From assembly GCA_965661195.1 (NCBI GenBank), contig CBFICP010000003.1:27526-91525 (forward strand): a stretch of DNA of 64,000 bases, given 5' to 3'. Each line of letters opens with the position of its first letter. The stretch's first letter is position 1. The position numbers were made by a program, and so were the translations under genes. The notes beneath the pieces are model-generated. The model saw nothing but the letters and a program-made list of their open reading frames with translations. It had not been told where the DNA came from and ran no database searches. The DNA is from Henriciella sp. (GTDB lineage Bacteria; Pseudomonadota; Alphaproteobacteria; Caulobacterales; Hyphomonadaceae). Below are positions 56,160-64,000 of the stretch, one piece after another.

Positions 56160-57356
56160 ATGGATCTGAGGTTAAGCGAGGAATATGAAATTTTCCGTAG
56201 GGATGTCGCTTCATTTCTGGATGCAAATCAAGATTATGCGCCGACGCCTGATGATAGAGGGCTGAAACACCCCAAGCGTATCGCCTGGCAAAAAAAGCTA
56301 ATCGAAAACGGACTCGCAGCCCGAACCATTCCGGCCGAATATGGCGGCTATGGCGCCGAGCCGGATATTCTTAAATCACGGATCATTGCGGAAGAGTTCG
56401 CGCGAACCGGTTTGCCAAAGGGCAGCGCCAATCAGGGCGTTTCAATGCTTGTACCGACACTTTTGGAGCTCGGCACGGAGGCGCAAAAACAAGCCTATAT
56501 CAAACCGACTCTGCATGGCGAAATGATTTGGTGCCAAGGTTATTCCGAGCCCGGCGCAGGTTCGGACCTGGCAAGCCTGTCGACCCGTGCCCACATTGAT
56601 GGTGATGATTATGTTATCAATGGGCAGAAGATTTGGACGTCAACGGCGAAACAGGCAGATATGATTTTTTGCCTCGTCCGAACCGAGCCGGACGCTAAGA
56701 AGCATCATGGCATTTCATATTTGATCTTTTCAATGGACACGCCGGGTATCGAAGTTCGTCCGCTCGTCGACATGACGATGATGGCTAATTTCAATGAAGT
56801 TTTCTTTACCGATGTTCGCGTCCCCAAGTCGCAAATTGTCGGCAAGCCTGGTGCAGGCTGGCAAGTGGCCAATGCAACTTTGACCCATGAGCGTGGCATG
56901 CTCGGGGATCCGAATGCCGCAAAAGCCAGACTATTGGCGATCGCCACATTAATGCAGACTGAGACCATAAATGGCGAGCGGTTGATCGATAATCCGGGGT
57001 TTCGTGACCGTTTAGTGGCTTTGCAGGCGCAGGTTTATGCGATGCAGGCGAATGGGCTGCGGGTTATGACGAGCAAGATTCAGGGCGAGTCGGCCGGCAT
57101 GGCGGGCTTGATCGTGAAATTACTGGGCTGCGAGCTGAACCATGAGCTGGCGCGGCTGGCTATTGATGCGATGGGCGAGTTCGGGCTTCTTTATGGTCAG
57201 AACACTCCTTATTTACGCGATTTTGGTCTTTGGCAGCAACGATACATGTACGACCTTGGTTTAATTATCGGCGGTGGCACAGCGCAAATACAGAAGAATA
57301 TCATTGCCGAGCGCGGGCTTGGCATGCCGCGCGAACCTAAACCGGCCGCAGTGTAG
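56160..57356 (+). CDS. Acyl-CoA dehydrogenase (candidate catalytic alpha subunit of a heteromeric pair)
   Basis: ACAD fold with WCQGYSEPGAGSDL, a Glu in TLTHERGML (IVD/LCAD-type base position), and a C-terminal IIGGGTAQIQKNIIAE that lacks the MCAD-type Glu. ATG 56160 has a strong SD (GGGAGG). Confidence 0.85.
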   Translation: MDLRLSEEYEIFRRDVASFLDANQDYAPTPDDRGLKHPKRIAWQKKLIENGLAARTIPAEYGGYGAEPDILKSRIIAEEFARTGLPKGSANQGVSMLVPTLLELGTEAQKQAYIKPTLHGEMIWCQGYSEPGAGSDLASLSTRAHIDGDDYVINGQKIWTSTAKQADMIFCLVRTEPDAKKHHGISYLIFSMDTPGIEVRPLVDMTMMANFNEVFFTDVRVPKSQIVGKPGAGWQVANATLTHERGMLGDPNAAKARLLAIATLMQTETINGERLIDNPGFRDRLVALQAQVYAMQANGLRVMTSKIQGESAGMAGLIVKLLGCELNHELARLAIDAMGEFGLLYGQNTPYLRDFGLWQQRYMYDLGLIIGGGTAQIQKNIIAERGLGMPREPKPAAV

Positions 57357-57367
57357 GAGGAGGTCAT

Positions 57368-58453
57368 ATGGAATTTGCTCTGTCTGATGATCAGAAAATG
57401 TTTCAGTCTTCCATTCAGGCCTATCTGGCGGATAGTGCTCCGCTCGACCTGATTAGAACCGCGGCCGATGGCAGTCATGATACTGCCGCAGCACTCAAGG
57501 CCGGTCTTCTCGACTTGGGCCTTGCTCATATTCTAGTGCCGAAATCGCATGGTGGCTTAGGGCTGGGTCTGCTTGACAGTGTTCTGGCGCAGGAAGCGCT
57601 CGGTGGCGTGGTCGCGCCGTACGATTTCACGGCGCTGGCGCTGGCCATTACGGGTTTGCGGCTTGCGGGAACAGAACAACAAAAAACTGAATGGTTTTTC
57701 GGGCTTACTACCGGTGACGTCGAATTCGGCGTGGCCTTGACCGAACATGTTGGCGTCCGGGAGAATGCAGGCGTGATGGCATCTTCAGACGGCCTGAACG
57801 GTAAGTCTCTATTTGTTTTGAATGCGGCGGCTGCAACCCATTTTATGGTTTGTGATCGCGCGGGTGGTTTGCACATTGTCGAACGAGATGCGGCCGGTCT
57901 AGACGTCAACACGCTTGATACAATCGACAGGACCCGTAATTTTGGCGAACTTGTTTTCGACAATACCCCCTCTATTCCGCTTGGGCCGGAGGGTAAATCC
58001 GGTGATGCAGCGGACCGGATGGTTAGCGTTGGTCGGTTGTTACTGGCTGCCGATACACTTGGGGCCAGCCAGTCCATGCTGGATAAGGCGGTGGCCTATG
58101 CCGGAGAGCGTAAGCAGTTCAATCGCGTTATCGGCAGCTTCCAGTCTGTGAAGCATTTATGCGCAGACATGGCGGCGCAGATTGAGCCTGCTAGATCTCT
58201 CGTCTGGCATGCCGCCTATTTACTTGATGAACAGTCTGATGAGGCTAGTTTGCTAATATGTCTTGCGAAGTCTCATCTTGCGGAAACCGGAACACATATC
58301 GCGCGGACGGCAACGGAAGTGCACGGCGGCATGGGCTTCACCGATCTTCTCGGCCTGCATTACTGGTTCAAACGGATTGGCGCAAACCGGCAATTATTGG
58401 GCAGCCCTGAAGCGGTGCGATCCGAAGCCGCACGGTTGCAGGGTTGGGTATGA
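57368..58453 (+). CDS. Acyl-CoA dehydrogenase family protein lacking both usual catalytic Glu positions (candidate beta subunit)
   Basis: 361 aa. SVGRLLLAADTLG lies where the IVD-type Glu sits, and LLGSPEAVRSE where YEG(T/S) sits. It retains GERKQFNRVIGSFQSVKH and EVHGGMGFT. It starts 11 nt after the upstream gene with SD AGGAGGAGG. Confidence 0.78.
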   Translation: MEFALSDDQKMFQSSIQAYLADSAPLDLIRTAADGSHDTAAALKAGLLDLGLAHILVPKSHGGLGLGLLDSVLAQEALGGVVAPYDFTALALAITGLRLAGTEQQKTEWFFGLTTGDVEFGVALTEHVGVRENAGVMASSDGLNGKSLFVLNAAAATHFMVCDRAGGLHIVERDAAGLDVNTLDTIDRTRNFGELVFDNTPSIPLGPEGKSGDAADRMVSVGRLLLAADTLGASQSMLDKAVAYAGERKQFNRVIGSFQSVKHLCADMAAQIEPARSLVWHAAYLLDEQSDEASLLICLAKSHLAETGTHIARTATEVHGGMGFTDLLGLHYWFKRIGANRQLLGSPEAVRSEAARLQGWV

Positions 58454-58529
58454 CGGAAATCGTGTTTAGAGTAATCTAGGACAAAATATACGAAATCAGA
58501 ATTGAGAATATAAGCGAGGAAGTAAGTTA

Positions 58530-59834
58530 ATGGCTGATACGATGTCAGGGATCGACCCTAATGATGAACTTAATAATCTGAACATGTCAGAAGAGGCCCG
58601 GCCTCTTTACGAACATGTGAAGAAATTCATAGCCGACGTAGTAACGCCGATGTCGGAAGAGTTCCATGAGCTCGGCAAAGATAATGACGATATCTGGAGT
58701 TATGCGCCCGGTCAGTTGGAGTGCCTCGAGAAAGCCAAGGATGAAGCCAAACGTCAGGGGCTGTGGAATTTCTTCCTGCCGGATGCCGAAACCGGCGAAG
58801 GTTTAAGCAACCTCGATTATGCTTATATCGCGGCAGAGCTTGGCAAGAATTCACTGGCCTCCGAGACAATGAACTGTTCCGCACCGGACACTGGCAATAT
58901 GGAAGTTCTGGAGCGTGTCGGAACGCCGGCTCAGAAAGAACAATGGTTGAAGCCATTGCTCGAAGGCAAAATCCGCTCGGCGTTTGCCATGACCGAGCCA
59001 GCCATCCCGTCTTCTGATGCGAAAAATGTATCGACCAGTGCGGTTCTTGACGGTGATGAGTGGGTTATCAATGGCGAGAAATTCTACATTTCAGGTGCCG
59101 GTGATCCGCGTTGTAAGATTATGATTACGATGGTGAAAACCAGCCCGGATGCGCCGGCGCACAAGCAGCAGTCGCAAATCCTGGTGCCAATCGACACACC
59201 CGGTGTGAAAATCCTGGGCCCGATGCATGTTTTCGGAAATCCGGATGCGCCGCACGGCCATATGCATATCCTGTTTGATAATGTGCGTGTGCCAAAAGAG
59301 AATATGCTGCTCGGTGAAGGCCGCGGCTTTGAAATTTCTCAGCTTCGTCTTGGGCCAGGCCGGATCCATCACTGTATGCGGTCGATTGGTGCTGCCGAGA
59401 AGGCGCTCGATATGATGGTGATCCGCGGATCGACCGGACGCAAAGCGTTTGGCAATGATCTGATTAAGCTTGGCGGCAATCTTGAGAAAGTATCCCGCGC
59501 ACGGATCGAAATTGAAGCAATGCGCATGATGGTCCTGAAGGCTGCCAAAGCGATGGATGTGCTCGGCAACCGCGAGGCGCGTGTCTGGATTTCAATGGTC
59601 AAGGCGATGGTGCCAGAGCGGGTGTGCGCAATTATTGATGACGCGATCCAGATCCACGGCGCAACGGGTGTTTCGCAGTGGACACCGCTAGCCCAAATGT
59701 ATGCGGGACAACGGACTCTGCGTTTGGCTGACGGACCGGATGAGGTGCACCACATGGTTGTTGGTCGCGCCGAGCTGAGCAAGTATTCGGGGGAAGAAGA
59801 AGACCCGGCAATGGCTGCAGTATGGCGTAAATAG
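58530..59834 (+). CDS. Acyl-CoA dehydrogenase, ACAD10/11 (FadE2)-like
   Basis: Has AFAMTEPAIPSSDA, and a C-terminal RLADGPDEVHHMVVGR characteristic of the ACAD10/11-type subgroup. Confidence 0.85.
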   Translation: MADTMSGIDPNDELNNLNMSEEARPLYEHVKKFIADVVTPMSEEFHELGKDNDDIWSYAPGQLECLEKAKDEAKRQGLWNFFLPDAETGEGLSNLDYAYIAAELGKNSLASETMNCSAPDTGNMEVLERVGTPAQKEQWLKPLLEGKIRSAFAMTEPAIPSSDAKNVSTSAVLDGDEWVINGEKFYISGAGDPRCKIMITMVKTSPDAPAHKQQSQILVPIDTPGVKILGPMHVFGNPDAPHGHMHILFDNVRVPKENMLLGEGRGFEISQLRLGPGRIHHCMRSIGAAEKALDMMVIRGSTGRKAFGNDLIKLGGNLEKVSRARIEIEAMRMMVLKAAKAMDVLGNREARVWISMVKAMVPERVCAIIDDAIQIHGATGVSQWTPLAQMYAGQRTLRLADGPDEVHHMVVGRAELSKYSGEEEDPAMAAVWRK

Positions 59835-59861
59835 CATAGCAGGCAAGCACTGTTTAAACCG

Positions 59862-59897
59862 AATGGCTGGCGCAGGATCTGCTCCAGCCATTTTTTT
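59862..59897 (+). terminator. Rho-independent terminator (aatggctgg-N13-ccagccatt + TTTTT)
   Basis: 9-bp stem followed by a T-run, 28 nt after the ACAD stop. Confidence 0.7.
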
Positions 59898-60277
59898 ATT
59901 CGTCACGATGATTTGCCACGTGTCGCGCTTGCGAGGATCGGGCTGTTGAGGCCGGGCTGTTGGAGAGCGAGCTGGCGTGGCGTTGTCATACTGATGGTTG
60001 TGATGCCGATATTCGCGCCGCGGCCAGGGTCATTCGGGTCAGGCTCACGGTTAAAATGCTCGAGTTTGTCATTGCTTCTCGGCGCTATGGTGACGCCGCA
60101 CTGACAGGGTCGGTGCTTGATGCCGGCGTCGTTTGTAGGCTGGGTTACACAATCTCGCCGAAGGTCGGCCACCGCCGGCGGGCGATCAAAATATAATACG
60201 CTCTCAGCATGGAGGCTCTAGCCAATGAGCGTATTCGAACCTAAACAGACGGATCTTCAAAAACGACTGGAATGACT

Positions 60278-61603
60278 ATGCGCCTGTCCCGCTTTTTTCT
60301 GCCTGTAACCAAAGATGCTCCGGCAGACGCGACGATTATATCCCATCAATTGATGCTTCGGACTGGGATGGTTCGTCAGAATGGTGCAGGTATATATTCA
60401 TGGTTGCCGCTTGGTTATCGCGTATTGAAAAAGATTGAGCAGATCGTCAGAGAAGAAATGGACCGCGCGGGCGCCATCGAAATGCTGATGCCGACGCTTC
60501 AGCAGGCTGATCTCTGGCGCGAGAGCGGGCGTTATGAGGATTATGGTCAGGAGATGTTGCGGATCACCGACCGGCACGACCGGGATATGTTGTACGGCCC
60601 GACCAATGAAGAGATGATCACGGACATTTTTCGGAGCTATGTAAAAAGCTATAAGCAGCTACCGATAAATCTGTATCATCAGCAGTGGAAATTCCGCGAC
60701 GAGGTTCGTCCAAGATTTGGCGTTATGCGCGGGCGAGAGTTTCTGATGAAGGATGCATACAGCTTTGATGTTGATGAGCAGAGTGCACGAATATCGTATC
60801 AGAGAATGTTTGCCGCTTATCTGAACACGTTTTCACGCTTGGGTGTGACCGCTATTCCGATGCAAGCCGATCCAGGCCCGATTGGCGGGGATCTGAGTCA
60901 TGAATTTCTTATTTTGGCCAGCAGCGGCGAAAGCGCTGTGTTCTGCGACCGGAATATCCTAAATGTACCGCCACCCGGTGCGAATTTTGATTTCAATGAT
61001 GAAGCGGCGCTGTCTGACGAGTTTGCAAGGCGCACGCAATATTATGCTGCGACTGAAGAAAAGCATGATGCCGAGGCATTCGCCGGTATTCCCGAAGACA
61101 GGCGGATCGAGGCGCGCGGCATCGAGGTCGGCCATATTTTCTATTTCGGGACAAAATATTCGGCGCCGATGAAGGCCGAAGTCCAGATGCCTGACTCAGG
61201 ACTTCAGACGATTCATGGCGGCAGTTATGGTATTGGCGTGTCGAGACTTGTCGGCGCAATAATTGAGGCATCGCACGATGATTCCGGGATTATCTGGCCA
61301 GCCGCGGTCAGCCCGTTTGATGTCGGTCTGATTTCGATGAAACCAGATGATCCGGCGGTCGGAGCAGCTGCTGAGCAAGCCTATCAGGCATTGATGTCGG
61401 CCGGAAAGGATGTGCTGTATGATGAAACCAGCGACCGGGCGGGGCCGAAATTCAAGCGTATGGATCTGATTGGGCTGCCCTGGCAGATGACGATTGGTCC
61501 ACGCGGTGTTAAAGAGGGTAAAGTTGAACTTAAGAACCGGGCGAGTGGCGAAAAGCTGGACTTGATTTTAGATGCTGCAATCGCGCATATGGATAAGGAT
61601 TAG
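60278..61603 (+). CDS. proS: Proline--tRNA ligase (short alphaproteobacterial type without INS editing domain)
   Basis: [14 protein letters not shown]-terminus and the class II motif [25 protein letters not shown]. About 441 aa. The track start is ATG 60272, two codons upstream. Confidence 0.95.
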   Translation: MRLSRFFLPVTKDAPADATIISHQLMLRTGMVRQNGAGIYSWLPLGYRVLKKIEQIVREEMDRAGAIEMLMPTLQQADLWRESGRYEDYGQEMLRITDRHDRDMLYGPTNEEMITDIFRSYVKSYKQLPINLYHQQWKFRDEVRPRFGVMRGREFLMKDAYSFDVDEQSARISYQRMFAAYLNTFSRLGVTAIPMQADPGPIGGDLSHEFLILASSGESAVFCDRNILNVPPPGANFDFNDEAALSDEFARRTQYYAATEEKHDAEAFAGIPEDRRIEARGIEVGHIFYFGTKYSAPMKAEVQMPDSGLQTIHGGSYGIGVSRLVGAIIEASHDDSGIIWPAAVSPFDVGLISMKPDDPAVGAAAEQAYQALMSAGKDVLYDETSDRAGPKFKRMDLIGLPWQMTIGPRGVKEGKVELKNRASGEKLDLILDAAIAHMDKD

Positions 61604-61607
61604 AAAT

Positions 61608-62879
61608 ATGGCAGGAACCGTTCCGTTTTGCGCTGCAGAACGGATGCTGGCTTGGCGATATCTAAGAGCGAAGAGGTCACAAGGCGGCGTCTCTCTCATT
61701 TCGATCATATCCTTTGTCGGGATTATGCTGGCTGTTATGGCGTTGATCGTCGTTATGTCGATCATGAACGGTTTTCGTTCGACACTGCTTAACGCTTTGC
61801 TTGGCGGGCAAGGGCACGTTTTTGTTCAAGTGATTGACCAGCCAGCCGAGGAAGTCGACCTTTTGTCGAACCAGATCGCAGCGATTGAGGGTGTCTCAAG
61901 TGCCTCTCCAATGATTGAAGAACAGGTTCTGGCCAGCACTGACTATGCGAAAATCGGCGCTGCAGTGCGGGGGGTAAGGCTATCGGACCTCGATCATCTG
62001 CCTTTCCTCGAAAATGGTACGGCAAAGGCTGTGCAGGATGGATTTGGGTCCGGTCGGAATGGCGGCAATCTGATATATGTCGGCCGGTTCCTGGCAAATG
62101 ATCTCGGTGTTCTGCCCGGTGACCGCTTGACCCTGATTGCGCCGGAAGGCACCAAAGGGCCATTTGGTGTGACCCCGCGCCGGAAAACATATATTGTAGC
62201 CGACACGTTCGAAACCGGCAGCGTCGAACTCGATAAATTATACATTCTGATGCCGATGGTGCAGTCGCAACTGTTTTTCAATATTCCGGCAGCGTATGAG
62301 TTTATCGATGTTCGCTTGGACGACCCCTTGGCGACTGAAACGTCGAAACAGGCGATTGGCGAACTCACCACCGGTCATTTCATTATTGATGACTGGAAAC
62401 GGCAGCGGGCGAGCTATCTCGGCGCACTCAATGCCGAACGCAGCATGATGCGACTGGTCATGCTGATACTGATCACGATTACGGCGCTGAACATTATCAC
62501 CGGTGTTGTCATGCTGGTTAAGAACAAGACCCGGGATATTGCAATTCTGCGGACCATTGGTGCCTCGCGGGGGGCGCTGATGCGCGTATTTATTATGATT
62601 GGTGCCATACTGGGACTGACCGGGGCGTTGTTCGGTCTGGCCCTGGGCGTTGCGACTGTACTGAATATTGGCACCGTTGAAGCGGTTATAAGTTTTATAA
62701 TCGGCCGGGAGATTTTTCCGCCTGATGTTTATGGTCTACAGGGGCTTCCTGCAGAGTTGGATTGGGCCGAGGCGATTTTCACCACATTGTGGGCGATGGC
62801 GATGTCGATCCTGGTGACTGTCTGGCCGGCCTGGTCGGCGGCAAAGCTTGATCCTGTCGAAGCGTTGAGGTTCGGGTGA
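61608..62879 (+). CDS. Lipoprotein-releasing ABC transporter permease (LolC/LolE family)
   Basis: ERMLAWRYLRAKR N-terminus, a periplasmic MacB-like loop and a C-terminal FtsX-type TM bundle. The stop overlaps the lolD start (GTGATG). Confidence 0.87.
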   Translation: MAGTVPFCAAERMLAWRYLRAKRSQGGVSLISIISFVGIMLAVMALIVVMSIMNGFRSTLLNALLGGQGHVFVQVIDQPAEEVDLLSNQIAAIEGVSSASPMIEEQVLASTDYAKIGAAVRGVRLSDLDHLPFLENGTAKAVQDGFGSGRNGGNLIYVGRFLANDLGVLPGDRLTLIAPEGTKGPFGVTPRRKTYIVADTFETGSVELDKLYILMPMVQSQLFFNIPAAYEFIDVRLDDPLATETSKQAIGELTTGHFIIDDWKRQRASYLGALNAERSMMRLVMLILITITALNIITGVVMLVKNKTRDIAILRTIGASRGALMRVFIMIGAILGLTGALFGLALGVATVLNIGTVEAVISFIIGREIFPPDVYGLQGLPAELDWAEAIFTTLWAMAMSILVTVWPAWSAAKLDPVEALRFG

Positions 62880-63559
62880 TGTCGGTTGTTCTGGAACTTA
62901 AAGATATTGTGCGGGAATATCATTCTGATGCGGGGGTGCTGCGGGTTTTGGATGGTGCGGACCTGACTCTGAAAAAGGGCGAGATTGTCGGCCTGATCGG
63001 GCCTTCAGGATCAGGTAAATCGACATTGCTGCACACGGCCGGGCTGCTCGAGCGGGCCGAGCGTGGCGGGATAATATTTGACGGTCGCGATTGCGTCTCG
63101 ATCAGTGATCGTGAACGTACCCGGCTGCGGCGTAAAAAGCTCGGTTTTGTTTACCAGTTTCATCACTTGCTGCCCGAGTTCGATGCCAGAGATAATATCG
63201 CAATGCCACTGATGATTGACGGGGTCAGTCGGAAAGACGCACGCAAGGCCGCCGAGCGATTGCTTGAGCATATGGGATTGAGTTCGCGGGCGCGGCATCA
63301 ACCGGCCCAACTGTCAGGTGGCGAACAGCAGCGGGTAGCGATTGCAAGAGCATTGATTAATGACCCGCAACTCGTCATTGCCGATGAACCGACGGGCAAT
63401 CTGGACCCGGCGACTACTAGCAATGTTTTTGAGAGCTTCATCCAGCGCGCGGCGAGCGGCAATTCGGCCGTGCTGATAGCGACGCACAATCATGATCTGG
63501 TGCAGCATATGGACCGGGTTCTGACGCTGAAAAACGGGAAACTCACAGACTTTGTCTGA
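62876..63559 (+). CDS. lolD: Lipoprotein-releasing ABC transporter ATP-binding protein
   Basis: Walker [10 protein letters not shown], signature [15 protein letters not shown] and Walker [13 protein letters not shown]. Translationally coupled to the permease gene. Confidence 0.9.
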   Translation: MMSVVLELKDIVREYHSDAGVLRVLDGADLTLKKGEIVGLIGPSGSGKSTLLHTAGLLERAERGGIIFDGRDCVSISDRERTRLRRKKLGFVYQFHHLLPEFDARDNIAMPLMIDGVSRKDARKAAERLLEHMGLSSRARHQPAQLSGGEQQRVAIARALINDPQLVIADEPTGNLDPATTSNVFESFIQRAASGNSAVLIATHNHDLVQHMDRVLTLKNGKLTDFV

Positions 63560-63646
63560 GGGACGCTTTTGTAAAACGGCGCCGTCGGTTACGGTAATCG
63601 CAGATCGGTAGGTTTTAGTTTTTTGCAATCGAGGGGGCATGTGGCC

Positions 63647-64000
63647 ATGTCTGGTCCGGCTTTCATACATCTCGCCGTGCGGACGAGCTTTTCGCTGCTC
63701 GAAAGCATGATAGGCAGCAAGGCGTTGACGGCATGGTGTGCCGAGCAAAAAATGCCGGCTGTTGCGGTTACAGATCGCAACAATCTGTTTGGCGCTCTGG
63801 AGCTTTCGGAAAGCTTGTCGGCAGCCGGTATCCAGCCAATCATGGCGTGTTGTTTTGATGTTCATTCCGGGGTTTACGGCGAGACCGTAAGCCGTGTTTC
63901 AATCTATGCGCAGAATGAGCAGGGCTATAAACGGCTAATGGCTTTGTCCTCGGCGGCCTATCTGGACAATGATGATGGCGTGCCGCGCTTGTTAAGGTCA
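63647..64000 (+). CDS. dnaE: DNA polymerase III alpha subunit, 5' end (truncated by window edge)
   Basis: My translation from ATG 63647 gives MSGPAFIHLAVRTSFSLLESMIGSKALTAWCAEQKMPAVAVTDRNNLFGALE..., the PHP-domain N-terminus of DnaE. The frame is open to the window end, and the proS-lolCE-lolD-dnaE order is a common alphaproteobacterial arrangement. Confidence 0.85.
   Translation, partial: MSGPAFIHLAVRTSFSLLESMIGSKALTAWCAEQKMPAVAVTDRNNLFGALELSESLSAAGIQPIMACCFDVHSGVYGETVSRVSIYAQNEQGYKRLMALSSAAYLDNDDGVPRLLRS

Noticed and set aside
63314-63865. A 183-aa minus-strand ORF spanning the lolD 3' end and the dnaE 5' end.
   Set aside because: It overlaps two well-supported plus-strand genes, and the sequence is Arg-rich and junk-like.
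1-64000. CRISPR arrays, tandem repeat arrays, IS elements, rRNA, and SRP/tmRNA/RNase P-like RNAs.
   Set aside because: Reading the intergenic regions showed no spaced direct repeats, terminal inverted repeats with transposase, or conserved RNA cores. The CGGAAGGAAAG string near 150 is only a partial resemblance to the SRP RNA motif. This was a by-eye scan, so short or degenerate elements could have been missed.

Overview
Gene content and synteny suggest a chromosomal segment from an alphaproteobacterium: infA-maf, parE, and a short INS-less proS followed by lolC/E-lolD-dnaE. GC looks like roughly 50% by eye; this is inference, since no search was run. I support about 55 protein-coding genes, one tRNA-Asp(GTC), two probable pseudogenes and several hairpin terminators. 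Acyl-CoA and lipid catabolism dominates: three acyl-CoA dehydrogenases, three crotonase-family enzymes, two MaoC dehydratases, two acyl-CoA synthetases, a thiolase, a family III CoA-transferase and two fatty-acid-hydroxylase-family membrane enzymes. Also present are a TetR-linked RND efflux pair, a TonB-dependent receptor, and housekeeping anchors (infA, maf, msrB, parE, gdhA, proS, lolD, dnaE 5' end). I saw no transposase, integrase, phage gene, CRISPR array, restriction-modification gene or recognisable defence gene, so I cannot name one unambiguous new system. The best candidates for something undescribed, in order, are: (1) a 951-aa PEP-carboxylase-like protein with altered catalytic motifs, next to tRNA-Asp; (2) a tightly coupled five-gene operon of DhlA-like haloalkane dehalogenase, tandem DsbA/HCCA-isomerase-like protein, DUF1330, membrane-anchored MBL hydrolase and FATP-like acyl-CoA synthetase; (3) the divergently transcribed operon of a small membrane protein, an unknown protein and a long GST-like protein; (4) an MGS-like domain fused to a cytosine-deaminase-like amidohydrolase; (5) a CyaB1-like GAF-GAF-PAS adenylate cyclase coupled to a small coiled-coil protein; (6) a stand-alone degenerate EAL protein and a membrane-anchored coiled-coil protein. 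All family assignments come from motifs read in the translations, not from database searches.
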